Shown piece after piece: positions 37,000 through 51,873 of a stretch of 64,000 nucleotides of DNA. A program made the translations under genes and the position numbers. The DNA comes from Batkoa obscura. Taxonomy: Eukaryota. Every line of letters starts with the position of its first letter. The stretch's first letter is position 1. The notes below the pieces were generated by a model, which saw nothing but the letters and a program-made list of their open reading frames with translations, did not search any database and was not told where the DNA came from. The stretch lies in NCBI GenBank assembly GCA_030770535.1, contig JASVEC010000027.1:62001-126000 (forward strand), given 5' to 3'.

Positions 37000-38159
37000 G
37001 AAATTGTAAGAAGAATGTTTGATCTAATGGTTATAAATAGTTAATGGTAGAATGGAAGCCCTGTATGTTTATTGTACGTTGAGAAGTGAAATACTGTGGC
37101 TGAAAAAGGAATAAAGTGGCATACTTTATGCTCTTAAATTAAAAATGGCCTTTACTTATTTTACTGTTGAAAAGATGTTATTGTTTGATATCATATGTAT
37201 ATTAATTCCTACTTCGTTAATTTATATAGAAAATTCTGAGTACAAAATCGTACATAAATTAAAATTATAAAATAAAAATAAGTGATAAGAAACTTATAAA
37301 ATATGGAGAAAAGCTGCTATTTTATTTTTTTTAAACTTGATACTCCTATAAAAAAATACCAGTAATTAATATAGTTAAACTGCAGTCTAAATCCATTAAA
37401 TAATTTTTTAATAATAATAAAAGCAATAAATAAAGATAGAATAATAATAATGTTTTCAAAATAATAGTATAAACTTTAACTACAATAACTAATTTTAAGC
37501 TATATTTTTGACTTTGTTCTTAAGTTTAAATGTTTAGACGTAATATTTATATTTTAACTCAGTGTTAAATATTGTATATTTGATAACAGAGCTAAGCTGT
37601 TAACATTTATAAATAAAAATTATAAATACGAATAATACAAAATATTCAAATGTTCAAAAATTCGAAAAAATGAATAAAAATTCAGTCATATCAAAAAGGA
37701 CAATTCGAATTAAGCAAAGTCTGCAAAGAAGGATCAAATTAGGTGGGAATTCAAAATAAGTCTAAGAATTGAGAATAGTAGTTATCGTAAGTGATACTAT
37801 CCTCTTTTTAACTCTGATTGCATAAGGTAGGTGACATGCATCCATTTTAAAATTAGAATAAGAAGAATAAGAGGAGAAGACTTGATGGGTTAAAGAGAGG
37901 AAATCAGGAGAAGGAAAAGGATCGAAAAAGAGTTATTTTAATATACCAAAGCTGTGGGCGGCAGAAGTTAAATGTTAAAAGACAAAAGAAAACGAAGAAA
38001 AAATAGGAAACAACACATCCAAAAGTTACAATCCAAAAATATTAACCAGTCACATCAAATTGAGTCTATCTTATTCATCTTATTCGAAATTAGCTATAGT
38101 TAATCAACAAATTTATAAACAATAAAACTGACATATTAATTAAAGGAGTCTTATTATCA

Positions 38160-38865
38160 ATGGCTGTATATTCTGCTATCCCTGCCAACCCAGAAAAATG
38201 TAATTTTTAATTTAAATCTTAATCATCAAATTTTAATTCAAATTTCAGCTGCCCGTGCCAGAGGCTCCGACCTTCGTGTTCACTACAAGGTAAAAAAAAC
38301 TTTATAATTTTGAAGATTTTAATTAATTCAAATCAAAGAATACTCATGAAGCTGCCGTCGTACTCAAGGGTATGAAAGTACAAAAAGCTCTTGCTTACCT
38401 TGAAGCTGTTAAAGAACACAAGCGTTGCGTACCATTCCGTCGTTATAACGGTGGAGTTGGTCGTACCGCTCAAGCTAAAGAGTTCAATACCACTCAAGGT
38501 CGTTGGCCCGTAAAGAGTGTTAAGTATCTTTCCGATCTTTTAAAGAATTTAGTTTCCAACGCTGAACTTAAAGGTCTTGATGCTGAAGCTTTAGTTATTA
38601 AACATATTCAAGTTAACCAAGCCCGTCACCAACGTAGACGTACTTACCGTGCTCATGGTCGTGTTAACCGTAATTATTTCTATTATTTTTGCAAGTTTTT
38701 ATATATTTATTATTTTGATTAATAGCATACATGTCTTCCCCATGTCATATTGAAATTATTGCTACTGAAGCAGGAAAAATCGTAGCTAAAGCTAAGGAAC
38801 CAAAAGTACTTCGTAAGTTATCCGTACGTCAACTCGGAAACAAAGCTGCACGTTTCCAAAATTAG
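38160..38865 (+). CDS. RPL17: 60S ribosomal protein L17 (uL22), 4 exons
   Basis: [33 protein letters not shown]...[18 protein letters not shown]...QGRWPVKS...[21 protein letters not shown]. Confidence 0.96.
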
Positions 38866-40091
38866 AAACGCTAAAAAATAAAATTCACTGACATAATTTA
38901 AGCTTTAAGACATTAAGTAAATAATAAATTTGTTTAAATAGTTTTTAGGAAGGTTTAAAATTGTATTTGTAAGGTTTTATTGTTATTATTAGTGTCTAAA
39001 GGGCGATAAACCAATAATAGTATGTGCATCAGGATTACAGTATGATCGTATTAATGGATATATATTAACGATAGATGGATTTTATATAAAGTAAATGAAA
39101 TGATTAAAAGAGGTTTTTCAATAAAAAAAACACGACTTTATTTATAGTATAAATAGAATTTATTTGAATCAACATATCGGGGCATCTATTAAGAGATAAA
39201 GCTATGTCCACTTTTTAGGCATATAAATTGGATAGTATATTAGTTACTTTAAGTAGAAAAACACATTCATAGAAACTAAAATAAAATGAAACAATAGATA
39301 GCTGAAGTAATTTCTCTCTTTGTTCCAAAATAAATATCTAATTTCAGAAAATGTATAGGTTTGTAAACCAAAAATAAAAGTATCCTTTCTTAGAATATAA
39401 TTAATTTTCTGTGATCTTTTCTAATATTATAAAAAATTATTATACAGTTACATATTATAATATGGACCTTCAAGTTGTACAAAACCATCTCATTTTTTAA
39501 AACTCTGAGTTGCTTAACAAATCTTTATGTCCCAATTTCGATCATTAAACTAGGAAAGTAAGACGTTCAACCTTCTCTTATAGTTAATGTTAAGTTTATA
39601 TGCTGATGTTTTTTTATAATAATAAATTACTTTAAAGCTTAAAGAGTATGGCTTTTCATTTAAAAATTTAAATAACTTAAAAAAGGGACAGAATTTAATA
39701 AAAAAATATCTTTAATTTAGTTAATTTGAATAGTCCTTTTTAGAACAACTCAAAAATGTGCAATTGAATGTTTGTTTTGGAACAGAAGTAGCATTATGTA
39801 CGTGATAATTATAAAATAAAATCTTATTTTTGATGCCCTCTAAATTTATTAAAAGCCATATTTCTATAAATAAATAAGAGAAATGTCTCTCATTAATTTA
39901 ATAAAATAAAAGTAGTTACTAAAAATAAATTAAAATTAAAATTCAAGAAATTTTAAATATAAATAAAATAAAATATTCTAATAACTAAAACTATTATTTT
40001 AAACAACCTTATTCTTGGTTTTTAATAAATTTATAAAAAGACGTTATTCTATAAATAAAGAAATAAAGAGATAAAATTTTTTTATATTAAA

Positions 40092-40796
40092 TTAATTAAA
40101 ATAAAAAATGGCTACTAAAAATAAACTAAAGTTGAAACTAGTCCGATTTTTAAACACATGCCTATGGTCTGAAGTAACAGTAGCTGTAATAGCAGTGTAA
40201 GTAGGCACACTAGGGGAATTATCTCCGCCACTCTTAGTATTATCCCCCATCAGATCTTTAACTAGGACTTTTTTAATGGTCCCACAGATCAACCTTCTTT
40301 TATCAGTAGGATAGTGAATAACTATAGACTTATTAATCACGGATAATTTCCCTTTAATTTTAATCTGATCATCAATAATAGTAAAACGGGAGTTATTACG
40401 GCCTTTTAATTTACCATGTTTACCAGAAAGATCCCCGTGCTGACATGCTTCTATTTTAGCTGAAGTACATTTATAATTTTCATTTTTATCATTTGGGTTC
40501 TTATTTGTTGGATCCCAATGTCCACCTGCACTGTCACAATCATCGTTTTTGATCGGTAATTGATGGATATGATAAGGGTATTCTTGGCTTTTATCCGAGT
40601 CAACGAAATGACTTACAATGAAATCTAGTTTGACACTGCCGTTTTTAAATTCGCTCATTAATATAGAAGCACTTATTGGGTTTTTATAAAATTCTACGTA
40701 CCCTAAATAGTCTTCATTTTCTTGATTTTCAGCGGATTGAGATAATGTATATTGGATATATATAAAAAGCAGTAAAGCTAATTTTATTGGGTTCAT
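40092..40796 (-). CDS. Secreted/GPI-type Cu-only superoxide dismutase (SOD5-like, Cu/Zn SOD fold)
   Basis: Signal peptide; YHIH, CDSAGGHWDP, GDLSGKHG, SIVIH...RLICGTI; S/T-rich linker and hydrophobic C-terminus. Confidence 0.85.
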   Translation of the reverse strand: MNPIKLALLLFIYIQYTLSQSAENQENEDYLGYVEFYKNPISASILMSEFKNGSVKLDFIVSHFVDSDKSQEYPYHIHQLPIKNDDCDSAGGHWDPTNKNPNDKNENYKCTSAKIEACQHGDLSGKHGKLKGRNNSRFTIIDDQIKIKGKLSVINKSIVIHYPTDKRRLICGTIKKVLVKDLMGDNTKSGGDNSPSVPTYTAITATVTSDHRHVFKNRTSFNFSLFLVAIFYFN

Positions 40797-41163
40797 TTGT
40801 CTTATTACTAATTAAAAAATAAATATGCTATTATTTCTATTAAATTTAAATTTCGACTATTTTATATCTTTTTGTATTCTTTATTAAATGAGATTGAACC
40901 GCATAATAATTATTGGTTAGTATGGTTATGAAATAACACAATTTAAATTTATTAAAGCTTAAAATTTCAAAAAAATTCAAATTTCCATTTAAATCTAAGA
41001 TTAATTCTCTGAGATGTGTTTATTTCATATGATAATATGACTTAAGTATATTATTATTTAAATAAAGTCTATAAAATTTTGGTATTAGAGCTAATACGAC
41101 TAGCGAGACAGGGAAATTCTTCATTACAAGTACTTGGCCATTTAAAGTATAACTGATTTATTG

Positions 41164-43145
41164 TCAAGGTATCAAATCATTATTAGCCTGCTGGAAATAA
41201 TCACTTTTTACAGTATTAAAACTTTTACTTTTTATATCATAATTTAACATAACATCGTCCATAAAATCAAAATTTAGCTTACTAATCATTTTCTTTTCGT
41301 TATTTTTCAACTCTTTCTGTTCACTCACTTCCATGTTTTTACTCATTTGGTTTAATAAATGGCAATATAAATAATGATATTCTTCTAAATAAATAAACTC
41401 CTTTTTTTCTATTATCTCTCTTGTTAATACATTATCCTCATCTGCAATTAAATTGGCTACTAACTTTTGGTATATCTTACTCATTATTACTAAATTGCAT
41501 ATCAGCTCGTCCTTATTATTATCGTTTAATATGTTATGATTGTTTTTTATTATTTCTGATTCAAAGTCTTTAACTAATTGTTCCCTAGTTTGACTAAACT
41601 TATTTTGTTGTAATTTAATTTTATAATTAGCATGAAGATTTTCTATCCTTTTATACAATACAAAGGAGCCTAGTTCGGTACCTATAGATATCAAATAGGT
41701 TGCTGCTACTAACCCTAAGAGTGCATACACAATAAATACAATTTTCCCCTGCAAAGTCTTGGGTGTTATATTACCATATCCGATCGTTGTAAACGAGACA
41801 AAGCAAAAATTAAAAGATTCAAAATAGGTCCAATTTTCTGAGTACATAAAAATTACTCCACCTAAAAACCTAGATAAAAAAGTTTAATATTGTACTACTA
41901 TATATTATTAAATTTATTATTATTTACCAAAATAATAGTAAATAAATAATTGCAAAGATAAATTGTCGTTTTATAATTATCAATTTTTCCTTATTTACTA
42001 GTTTACGCTTTTTTCTCCGAATAAAACTGGCATTTTTATAATCCAATTTAGAATTCAATAAGGTGATAATTTGACATTGGTTGCTATTGTATTGGTCATT
42101 ATTGATTTGACCACTATTATTTATATTTTCACTTTCGTTGTTCTCATTTTCTTCAATGTCCTTTATCTTGTTTTTTTTTCTATTATCTTCGATCTCTTTC
42201 AATTTTAATAAAAACTTTGTTTCTATTTTTTCAAGTAATGCAATTCTTATTGCATTAACAAATAAACCCATGAATACGATACCAACAAGTGCGTAAAAAA
42301 ATAAGAATATTTGCGAACTTTGATTATTGGGAAATACGTCTCCAAATCCAATAGTTGTATTTGTTACTATATAGCAATAATAATATTAGTACATATATCA
42401 ATTTCTTATTGTTGCATGGGTTACCCAAAATAAAATAAAGTCCGTCAACAAAGCCCCAATCTTCAAGGATACAAAATATTAGAGTGCCAATTTTACCCCA
42501 AACTGTATTTAAAATTAGATAAATTATAAACATTCTTTGTTTGTTTACTATTCCACTATTCTTATTTATTAAACGATTATTCTTGAAATAATCAATCATC
42601 AAAAATAATATTGATATTGTTGATATTGCTATACCAATTAAATTAAGTATAAGATTATAATAATATTTTTGCCATCTCTCATAATATATTATTATTGAAA
42701 TTATTATACATATTACTATAAATTTTAATTAACATATTATCATATGGTGCTCTATATTAAACTTGCCATGTAAAGATAAGAATACTACTGTTAGCAAGGT
42801 ATTACTTCGAATCTTTCTTTCCCAAAACCTAAATAGTAGCGTAATAGTACCGACTATTTGAAACATGATAGCTAATGATAAGCAAGCGATGTTGGCTAAC
42901 AAAAAAATGAATAAAGTTTACTATATCTACTTCAATAACTTGCCATTATAGATCTGATATTGCTCCTCACTCAAACTTTCTAAGCTGATCCAGTTGCCTT
43001 CCAATGGCGGTATTGTGAGTATAAGAGAAAGTGGTGTGACTATACCAACGAGCGTAGGCAAAATTCTTAGTTCTGGGTGCTTTACCTTATAGTTGTCTTT
43101 ATTATTGTCATTATCATTATTATTTTTGAAGTCGTAAAATAGCAT
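41164..43145 (-). CDS. TOK1: TOK-type two-pore outward-rectifier K+ channel, copy 1 (5 exons)
   Basis: Pore loops TTIGFGD and FTTIGYGNITP, with four extra N-terminal TM segments. Confidence 0.85.
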
Positions 43146-44146
43146 TTAAATAATTAAAAGGAAAACCTTTCATTCTTTATAATGATTTTTATTACCAATC
43201 TCCCATTTATATACCTAAAACATTGTTTCGGTTAATAAAAAATAGGCAATTTATGATCTAAACTGAATATGTAATTTTAGTAATGAAATTAGTTAAGTAT
43301 GCTACAAACAACAAGTTGACTTTAAAGTATTAATATTCTAACCTCTTATATCTACTTCTAAATTTTTATATAATATATTTATTAACGTGCCGTATATAGA
43401 CATCCGTGTATTAGTTTTGCCAAGAATAGTTAAAGCGCTTAAATTTTAAACCATATGGGAATGCCTTATCTGGTTTCATCTGTTTGTTTACTTTTTGTTC
43501 TACATGAATTTGAGAAATAATTATTAGTAAATACTGAAACGAAAAAGATGTTCTAATTAAAAACAATGACTTTTGATTAAAGTGTAGTCTATTTTGGCTC
43601 ATTTTTATTTTGGTTAGTTTTGAATTAGTAAATACTTCAATTTAACTAAATTTATACCATTTTTAACTTTTCATGGCTATAGCAAGGAGAATTTTGAACA
43701 AACTTGCAAATTTTTTTAAATAACGGATTCAAAACAAAAGTAAATAAAAATAAATTTTTTTAGCATAAATTAGTAAATTATTGTCAAAGCTATGAAAATT
43801 CCCGCTACAAATATTCATTTTTTCAATTTTAATTGTATCATTATTGGAATTTTTTACTTTTAAGATAATGTGATGGGTTAAAAACTATATTGGAATAAAA
43901 CATAGGTTAAAAAAACTTTGGTAAAATTGGATAAAATAAAATTTTGTGTTTTTTAAACTACTCATTAAGAATGTTTAGTAATCTCTATTTAATTTTTTAT
44001 TTATGTGCGTAATATTTAACTTTTTAATAGTATTGAAAATTAATTCTCAATTCTTGATGAATAATAAGAGAACAATAAAGAAAAAAGTCAACAAAATGAT
44101 ATAGTTGATAGGTTTAATTTGGCATTTGAACTAACTTTTAAGTTTT

Positions 44147-46141
44147 TCAAGCTAAAGAGGAATTAATAGCTTGTTGAAAATAATAACTTCTTTCAGAATA
44201 ACAGCTCATTCTTTCTGTATCATAATTTAACAAAACGTCATCCATAAAATCAAAATTTAACTTATTGATCATCTTCTCTTCGCTATTTTTTAACTCTTTC
44301 CGTTCTTTTAATTCCATTTTCTTACTTGTTTGACTTAATAAATGGCAATATAAATAATGATACTCTTCTAAATAAGCAAATTCTTTTTTATCTGTTATTT
44401 CTTTTGTCAGCACGCTATCATAGTCTACAATTAAATTAGCTACTAATTTTTGATATATCTTACTCATCACTACTAAGTTTAATACCAACTCGTCTTTATT
44501 ATCATGGTTCAATATGTTATCATTATTTTTTAATATTTCTCTTTCAAATTCTTTAACCAACTGCTCTCTCGTTTGGCCAAATTTATTTTGTTGTAATTTA
44601 ATTTTATAATTAGCATGAAGATTTTCTATCCTTTTATACAATACAAAGGAGCCTAGTTCGGTACCTATAGATATCAAATAGGTTGCTGCTACTAACCCTA
44701 GTATTACATACACAATAAACATAACCTTTCCGTATGGTGTTTTGGGTGTTATATTACCATATCCGATCGTTGTAAACGAGACAAAGCAAAAATTAAAAGA
44801 TTCAAAATAGGTCCAATTTTCTGAGTACATAAAAATTACTCCACCTAAAAACCTAGATAAAAAAGTTTAATATTGTACTACTATATATTATTAAATTTAT
44901 TATTATTTACCAAAATAATAGTAAATAAATAATTGCAAAGATAAATTGTCGTTTTATAATTATCAATTTTTCCTTACTTACTAATCTATGTTGGTTTTTT
45001 CTGATATAAGTGGCATTTTTATAATCCCAATTTGAACTCAATAAAGCAATAATAGGATTTTGATCACTATCATTTAGGATATTACTATTTTGATCGCTAT
45101 AATCTACACTTCCATTTTCAATGCTTTTCCCTCCGTTGTTTTTTGTCTTGTTTTTTTTTCTATTATCTTTTATCTCCTTTAATTTTAATAAAAACTTTGT
45201 TTCTATTTTTTCAAGTATAACTACTCTTATTGAGTTTATAAATAAACCCATAAATATGATACCAATGATCGCATAAAAAAACAAAAATATTTGGGAACTA
45301 AGATTACTAGGAAACATATCCCCAAATCCAATAGTTGTATTCGTTGCTATATAAGATAATATTAATACAAACATTGTTTTGATTGTTATATAGCTTACCT
45401 AAAATAAAATAAAGTCCATCTACAAAATTCCAATTTTCAATGGTACAGAACACGATGGTACCAATTTTACCCCAAACTGTATTTAAAATTAAATAAATGA
45501 TTAACATTCTTTGTTTATTTATTATTCCACTGTTTTTATTCAATAAATAGTTGTTTCTGAAAAAATCAACTGTTAAAAAAATTATTGATATAGCTGAAAC
45601 CGATACGCCAATTAAATTGAATACAAGTCGGTTATTATATTTCTGCCAACTTTCATAGTAGATTATTATTGATACTGAGATAAATGAAACTACATAAGGC
45701 TAATTAGCGTTATATTAAGTGGTATATTATCTTGAGCTTACCATGCAAAAATAAGAATACTACTGTTAGTAAAGTATTGATCCTAACTTTCTTCTCCCAA
45801 AATCTAAGTAGCAGTGTGACCGTGCCAATTATTTGGAATATGATAGCTAAAGATAAACAAGCGATATTAACTAATATACAAAGTAAAATAAGGCTATTAT
45901 ATTATTCTTATTATTCTTATTATTCTAATTTACTTTTATAGTTATAGTGTTGGTCTGCGTTCAAATTTTCCTTAACTAACCAGTTACCCTCCAATGGAGG
46001 TATTGTGAGTATAAGAGAAAGCGGTGTAATTATACCAACAAACATAGGCAAATATCTTAGCTCCGGATGTTTTATTTTATAGATATTTTCATCTTTATCT
46101 TTATGATTGTTGTTCTTATTTTTAAATTTACCAAATATCAT
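44147..46141 (-). CDS. TOK1: TOK-type K+ channel, copy 2
   Basis: TTIGFGD and FTTIGYGNITP; same exon layout as copy 1. Confidence 0.85.
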
Positions 46142-47294
46142 TCTATCAATTAAATATTACTTTCTTGTTTTTGAGCATCTTTTATAATGTTTATTATTAT
46201 TCACGTTCTTATTTATATGCACCCCATCATTTTTTGGGTTAATAAAATAGTCGATTGTGATCTAAACTATAGATGTAAATTTAGTAAAAAAATTACTTTG
46301 AGCACATTAAAAATAAACAATAGTTGATAGTTATAAATAGAACATTAAATTTATTTTAACTTTAGCTATTTTTATGCTTTTAAATAGTATAGCTTCCTCA
46401 TTACAAATATGATATACTTACGGCTATTTCAACTCTTTTTTGAGCTAATTAGCTATGGTTTATATATTTAAATATTTTTTTAACTGATTTTTTTAAAGCC
46501 TAACTCCCATGTTTTGTTAGAACTAGCATAAATTTTACCCTTGAATAAACAATTAATAAATTCGTAAAAGAATTGAAATACCTTTAGCTGTTCGTTTAAA
46601 GATAGGATTTAGACTAAATTTTAGCTAAAACCTAAGGGGTTGCTTTGAAAAATTAGTGATACTACCTGTCAAGCTAAACATCGTCAGACTTTATGATTTG
46701 CCACCTTATTATTTTGAGATTTTAATTATAGAGGTATTGCCAACTTATTAAAAGTTCAAGTGAAAACAATAGTGTTTTAAAGATTTTGGCTACGATTATA
46801 CTGAATCAATCATACTAATAGAAAATAAAGGTTGTTCAAACCGAAAATCTAAACAAGTATTTTATAGTAAATTTCTATCATTTATTAAAATTTAACTTAT
46901 TACAATACTATCAAGTAGTATTATTTATTTGTGCTTTAAAAGTATTTTAATTAAAATCACAACTTATCATGGTAAAGCTTTTAAAGTGTAAATCTTTTTA
47001 AAAATCTTTAAATTAGAGCATTTGTTTATTTAAGCTTTTAAATTAATATCACTAATAAGTCTACAAAAGATAGTATTGTTTTATCCATATAAAACACAAA
47101 AGGATATAAATAAACTCCACTTTCAATTTAATAGCCTTTTTATCTTGATAAAACTGTTAGCCAAATAATCTGAATTGTATCTGATATGAATAACAAAATG
47201 AAAATCTTTTAAAAATAAAGTCAGTTTATTTTTAAAATTATCATTATTATTTAATTTTTACAAAGATATAAATATGAAGCAAATGTGAGTATGT

Positions 47295-48722
47295 TCAAAG
47301 CCCTCTAAGGAAGTGATCCAATGTAATACCTGAATCAGATTCATGGAAAATCTCAGATTCATCATTTTTTACCATGTCTGTGTCTTCTTCACTGTGAATA
47401 CTCGGTTGAGTATTAGATTCATGTTCGCAACTGTCATCTGCCAGAGGGGTGAATGAGGTGATGGTATTAGGTGTCATAGGAATAGCTGTGGATTGAAAGC
47501 TATTATCAGATGTTGATGGATATTTTATTTCTCCCAAACTAATATCGACTTCTGGAATACTACATGCCAATGATCTGGTTACTTGATTTTCTTGACTAAT
47601 ATCACTTATATGGTCGTCCTTTTCTGGAACAGGAGGGGGAAGCGGATCATTTGTAACATTTAAGTAAACCGAAGACTTGTGCATTTTTAACTCAATGGGC
47701 GGGTTTTCTTCTTTCAATGTTGTGCTTGAATGTGTTGAATGCATGTTTCTTATCGATTTTATAGCAGCAAACAAAGAAGGATCTAGCAAAAATGCAAAAA
47801 GATTCAATAGTCCTGGAGAATCTAATTTGATAATTGTTAATATAAAATACAGTATATATTATTTTTATAATTACCAGTTCCAACAAAAGACCACCATACT
47901 AAAACTTCATGTGGGCTGGTTGGATTATGATAACTGTAAATTTGAGAGGCAATATATCCAATCTGGGTCAAAACAGGGATAAGGCAGTATAATGATCTAT
48001 ATATCTTATTAGTATGTTGTAAATTAAAAATTGATTTAATATTACATTCTTCTTATTAACCTTTTTAAACTTTTTTGCACTTTTTCATTGATATTAACTC
48101 TTTTTCCTTTTTCATCAGTATAGTATTCTGGTTCACATATACGATTTATAATTGTAACTTTGCGATTCAAATTAAAAATCACTATAATAACAATCAATGT
48201 GCAATAAAAACATCCAGCTAATACCCAACTATGATATGTAGCCCATATAAATATTTGTGTGTTAGGAGAAAGAGAATCTTTGTAAGTACAGTATAGGGTA
48301 TCTTCATCAAAACCTAATTGATCCATAGCTAACGGTACCGCCATTATACCAAATGCACTGACTATAGAAACACACCAATACCACTTTTCCCATTTACTAT
48401 TGAACCTTAAACCATTGACAAATGTAAGTTGTAAATTTAATGCTATACATATTGTCAAGAACATATATAATAATGTAAACACAGGTATCAAATAAGCCAA
48501 TATCACACATTCAACTCCAGGGGTATCAACAAATATATATAATAATATTGATACTGCTTTTAGGAAATCAACAATTGAAATAGCTAAAGTAAATCTCAAA
48601 GAGACACGATCCATTAAACGGCGGTCGATTACATATACAAATACCATCATTGTAATTACTATTATACTAGCAACTGCAGATATCACATTTAGGGCAATAC
48701 TCAATCCCCCACCAAAATCCAT
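47295..48722 (-). CDS. 7-TM GPCR-like receptor (cAMP-receptor/Git3-like), 3 exons
   Basis: TM series with DRVSLRF, C in ECL1, CIALNLQL, LYC in ECL2, exon 2 IIILPYPCFDP...GLLLEL and exon 3 SPGLLNLFAFLLDP, followed by a S/T-rich tail. Confidence 0.75.
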
Positions 48723-49865
48723 TTCTGTATTTTATTATATTTTAGAATAAAAATAAAATTCATTTTATGTTCATATGTATATTTATATATATTACTCAAA
48801 ATAAATTTAAAAAGGTCTAAAGAACGGAACTAAATCATATTAAAAGGTACTAGAACTATTAGCTCATTGCATATATTTTATTTTATTATTTAATGGGTAG
48901 CAATTGTTGAATAACTTGGAACCTCTTTTTAATTTAAGATTTGAAACTAAATTAACTTAGATTATAAGTACTTTGATATAAAAATAATATCAATAGATTT
49001 TATTCTAATAAATTTAGGTTTAATGAAAGTATTTATAACTACTTATAGGAACTGGCATATTTATATTACTATTTATCAATCGTAGTATACACCTTTTTTA
49101 TAAATTAACTACCCCAAAGTAAAATCCCGATTAGATAATTACAAAGAAAGGTTTGGAAGAGTGAATCTAATACTTCTAGGCAAATTTTCGAATTTTTCAA
49201 TAAAAAGCAAACTTATTTGAACAAAAAACTAAATATTGACACCTTTTACTATTTTTTAATTGTTTTTTGTAACTTTTATTGATTTACTTGATCTGCTTTG
49301 ATGTTTTTCGTTCTAATAACGAAGTATTTTTTAGAGCTATTAGAAGGTTGATATTTAGTTTTCATTTCTAAGTGTTCAATTAAGTTATCACTTCAGGAGA
49401 GTTACTTTCTAAAAAAAGTGTAGATTATAATTTTTTTGAAATTTATATCCCTGAATAGGGATAAATTATAGCATAAAAAAGACATACGAACTATATTCCC
49501 AACATTATTTATAAGAATTTAGTAGTTCGATTTCAAATAGAAATACTAGTATGAGGGAAACCTTGTCAAGAATGCTTTTTAACTTTTTTACCATATATTT
49601 ATTAAATCATTTTAGATTATAAAGTAATCATTTTAATTTATTATTGATAAACTTGCCACATTAACTTAAACTAACCTAAAATATGATTTTTTATGATCAG
49701 GTTAAGTATTTTTGAAAATAACTTGGTAATTATGATTGCTTAAAAATGAATAAGACATTGATAAAATATAGGGATAGTGATCAAATTAATTTAAATAGAT
49801 ATCAAATCAAAATCAAAATCAAAATCAAAATTAAAGACACATTCTTTTTATTAAATAAGCATTCC

Positions 49866-51873
49866 TTAAGGGACCAAATCGTTATCCGCCTGATCCATAT
49901 AACCACTTTCTGGATTATTATCATCGGAATGTAAAGTATCGTACATGAAATCAAAATCTAACTTACTAATAATTTTGCTTTCGCTTTTTTTCAACCTTCT
50001 CTTTTTATTCAATTCCATTTTTTTACTCGATTGATTCAATAAATGACAATATAAATAGTGATATTCTTCTAAATATACAAACTCTTCCTTATCCATTATT
50101 TCTTTTGTTAACACACTATCATGATCTGCTATCAAATTGGCTACTAGTTTTTGATATATTTTGCTCATTGCTAATAAGTTATATATTAACTCGTCCTTAT
50201 TATCATTTGTTATACTATTATAATCAGTCACAATTTCTCTTTCAAACTCTTTTATTAATTGTTTTCTTTTGTGATTAAACCTATTATGATGTAATTCCAT
50301 TTTATAATCAGCGTGTACATTTTCTATCTTCCTATGCATGGTAAAGGCTCCCAATTGAGTACCGACGGATATTAAATAGGTTGCTGCTACTAGGCCCAAT
50401 ATAGCATAGCCAATAAATATGATTTTACCGTGGAATGTCGTAGGTGTAATATTCCCATACCCAATTGTCGTAAATGAAATAAAACAAAAGTTAATGGCAT
50501 CAAAGTAAGGCCAATCTTCTGAATACATAAAAATAACCCCACCCAAAAACCTATAAATTCAAATCAATTAGTTTTAGTTTATAACACTATAGTTTTTACC
50601 AAAACAACAATAAATAAATAACAGCAAAAAAAAACTGGCGCCTTATAATGGTTGACCTTTCTTTATGAGCTAACTCATGTTGTTTTTTTCGAATAAAACT
50701 GGCATTTTTATAATCGAAATTAAAATTTAACAGATTGACAACACCGCTGTCTGTTTGATTCTTCATTCTTATATTTGTGTTATTCTTTTGACTGCTACCT
50801 ATTGTATTATCGCTCCTATTTTGATTACTGTTTATCGCATTTTCACTTTCATCGCTTTCACCTTCACTTTCATCACTTTCACTTTCGCTTTCATTGATAC
50901 GTTCTTTAGCACTCTTTTCAACCTCTTTCAATTTTTTCAAAAATTTATTTTCTATTTCTCCAAGCAGTACTATTCTTATTGAATTAATAAAAAGACCCAT
51001 AAACACAATTCCAATAAATGCATAAAAAAACAAGAATAGCTGTGAACTTTGATTGTTAGGTGTAATATCTCCAAACCCTATGGTTGCATTCGTTACTATA
51101 CGAAATAGAAAAGAATAAGTACAGATTTAAATTCATGTCATTCTGTAACTTACACAACACGAAATAAAGCCCATCCACAAACTCCCAGTCTTCAAGGATA
51201 CAAAATATGATGGTACCAATTTTACCCCAAACCGTGTTTAATATAAAATAAATTATTAACATTCTTTGTTTATTTATTATTCCACTATTCTTATTTATTA
51301 AATAATTACTTTTAAAATAATCTATTATCAAAAGTAATATCGATATCGCTGATATTGATATGCCAATTAAATTAAGTATTAATTTATAATAATACATTTG
51401 CCATCTTTCATAATATATTACTATTGAAGCTATTATAAATAAGACTAAATCAATTTGGTTAGTGGTATTTACTATATGAAATACATCACATTTACCATGT
51501 AAAGCTAAGAATACTATTGTTAATAATGTATTGATTCGAATTTTTTTCTCCCAAAATCGAAATAATAGTGCGATTGTGCCTATTACTTGAAATATAAAAG
51601 CTAATGATAAGCAAGCAACATCAGCTAATAAAATAAATAAAGTAATTGATATCAATATCATTATTATAATTTACCTTTGAAATCATGATAGTAATCGACG
51701 CTTAAGTTTTCCGTATTTACCCAGTTACCCCTTAATGGTGGTATTGTAAGTATGAGTGAAAGCGGAGTTATTATGCCTACTAAAGTTGGTAGATACCTCA
51801 GTTCTGGATACTTTATTTTTTGATTTTCTTTATTATTATCATGGTCTTTTTTATTCTTGAATTTGTTTAACAT
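49866..51873 (-). CDS. TOK1: TOK-type K+ channel, copy 3
   Basis: ATIGFGD and FTTIGYGNITP; more diverged paralog with an ESESD acidic insert. Confidence 0.85.

Noticed and set aside
41095..41101. TAATACGACT resembling part of a T7 promoter
   Set aside because: Only a 10-nt partial match with no vector context.
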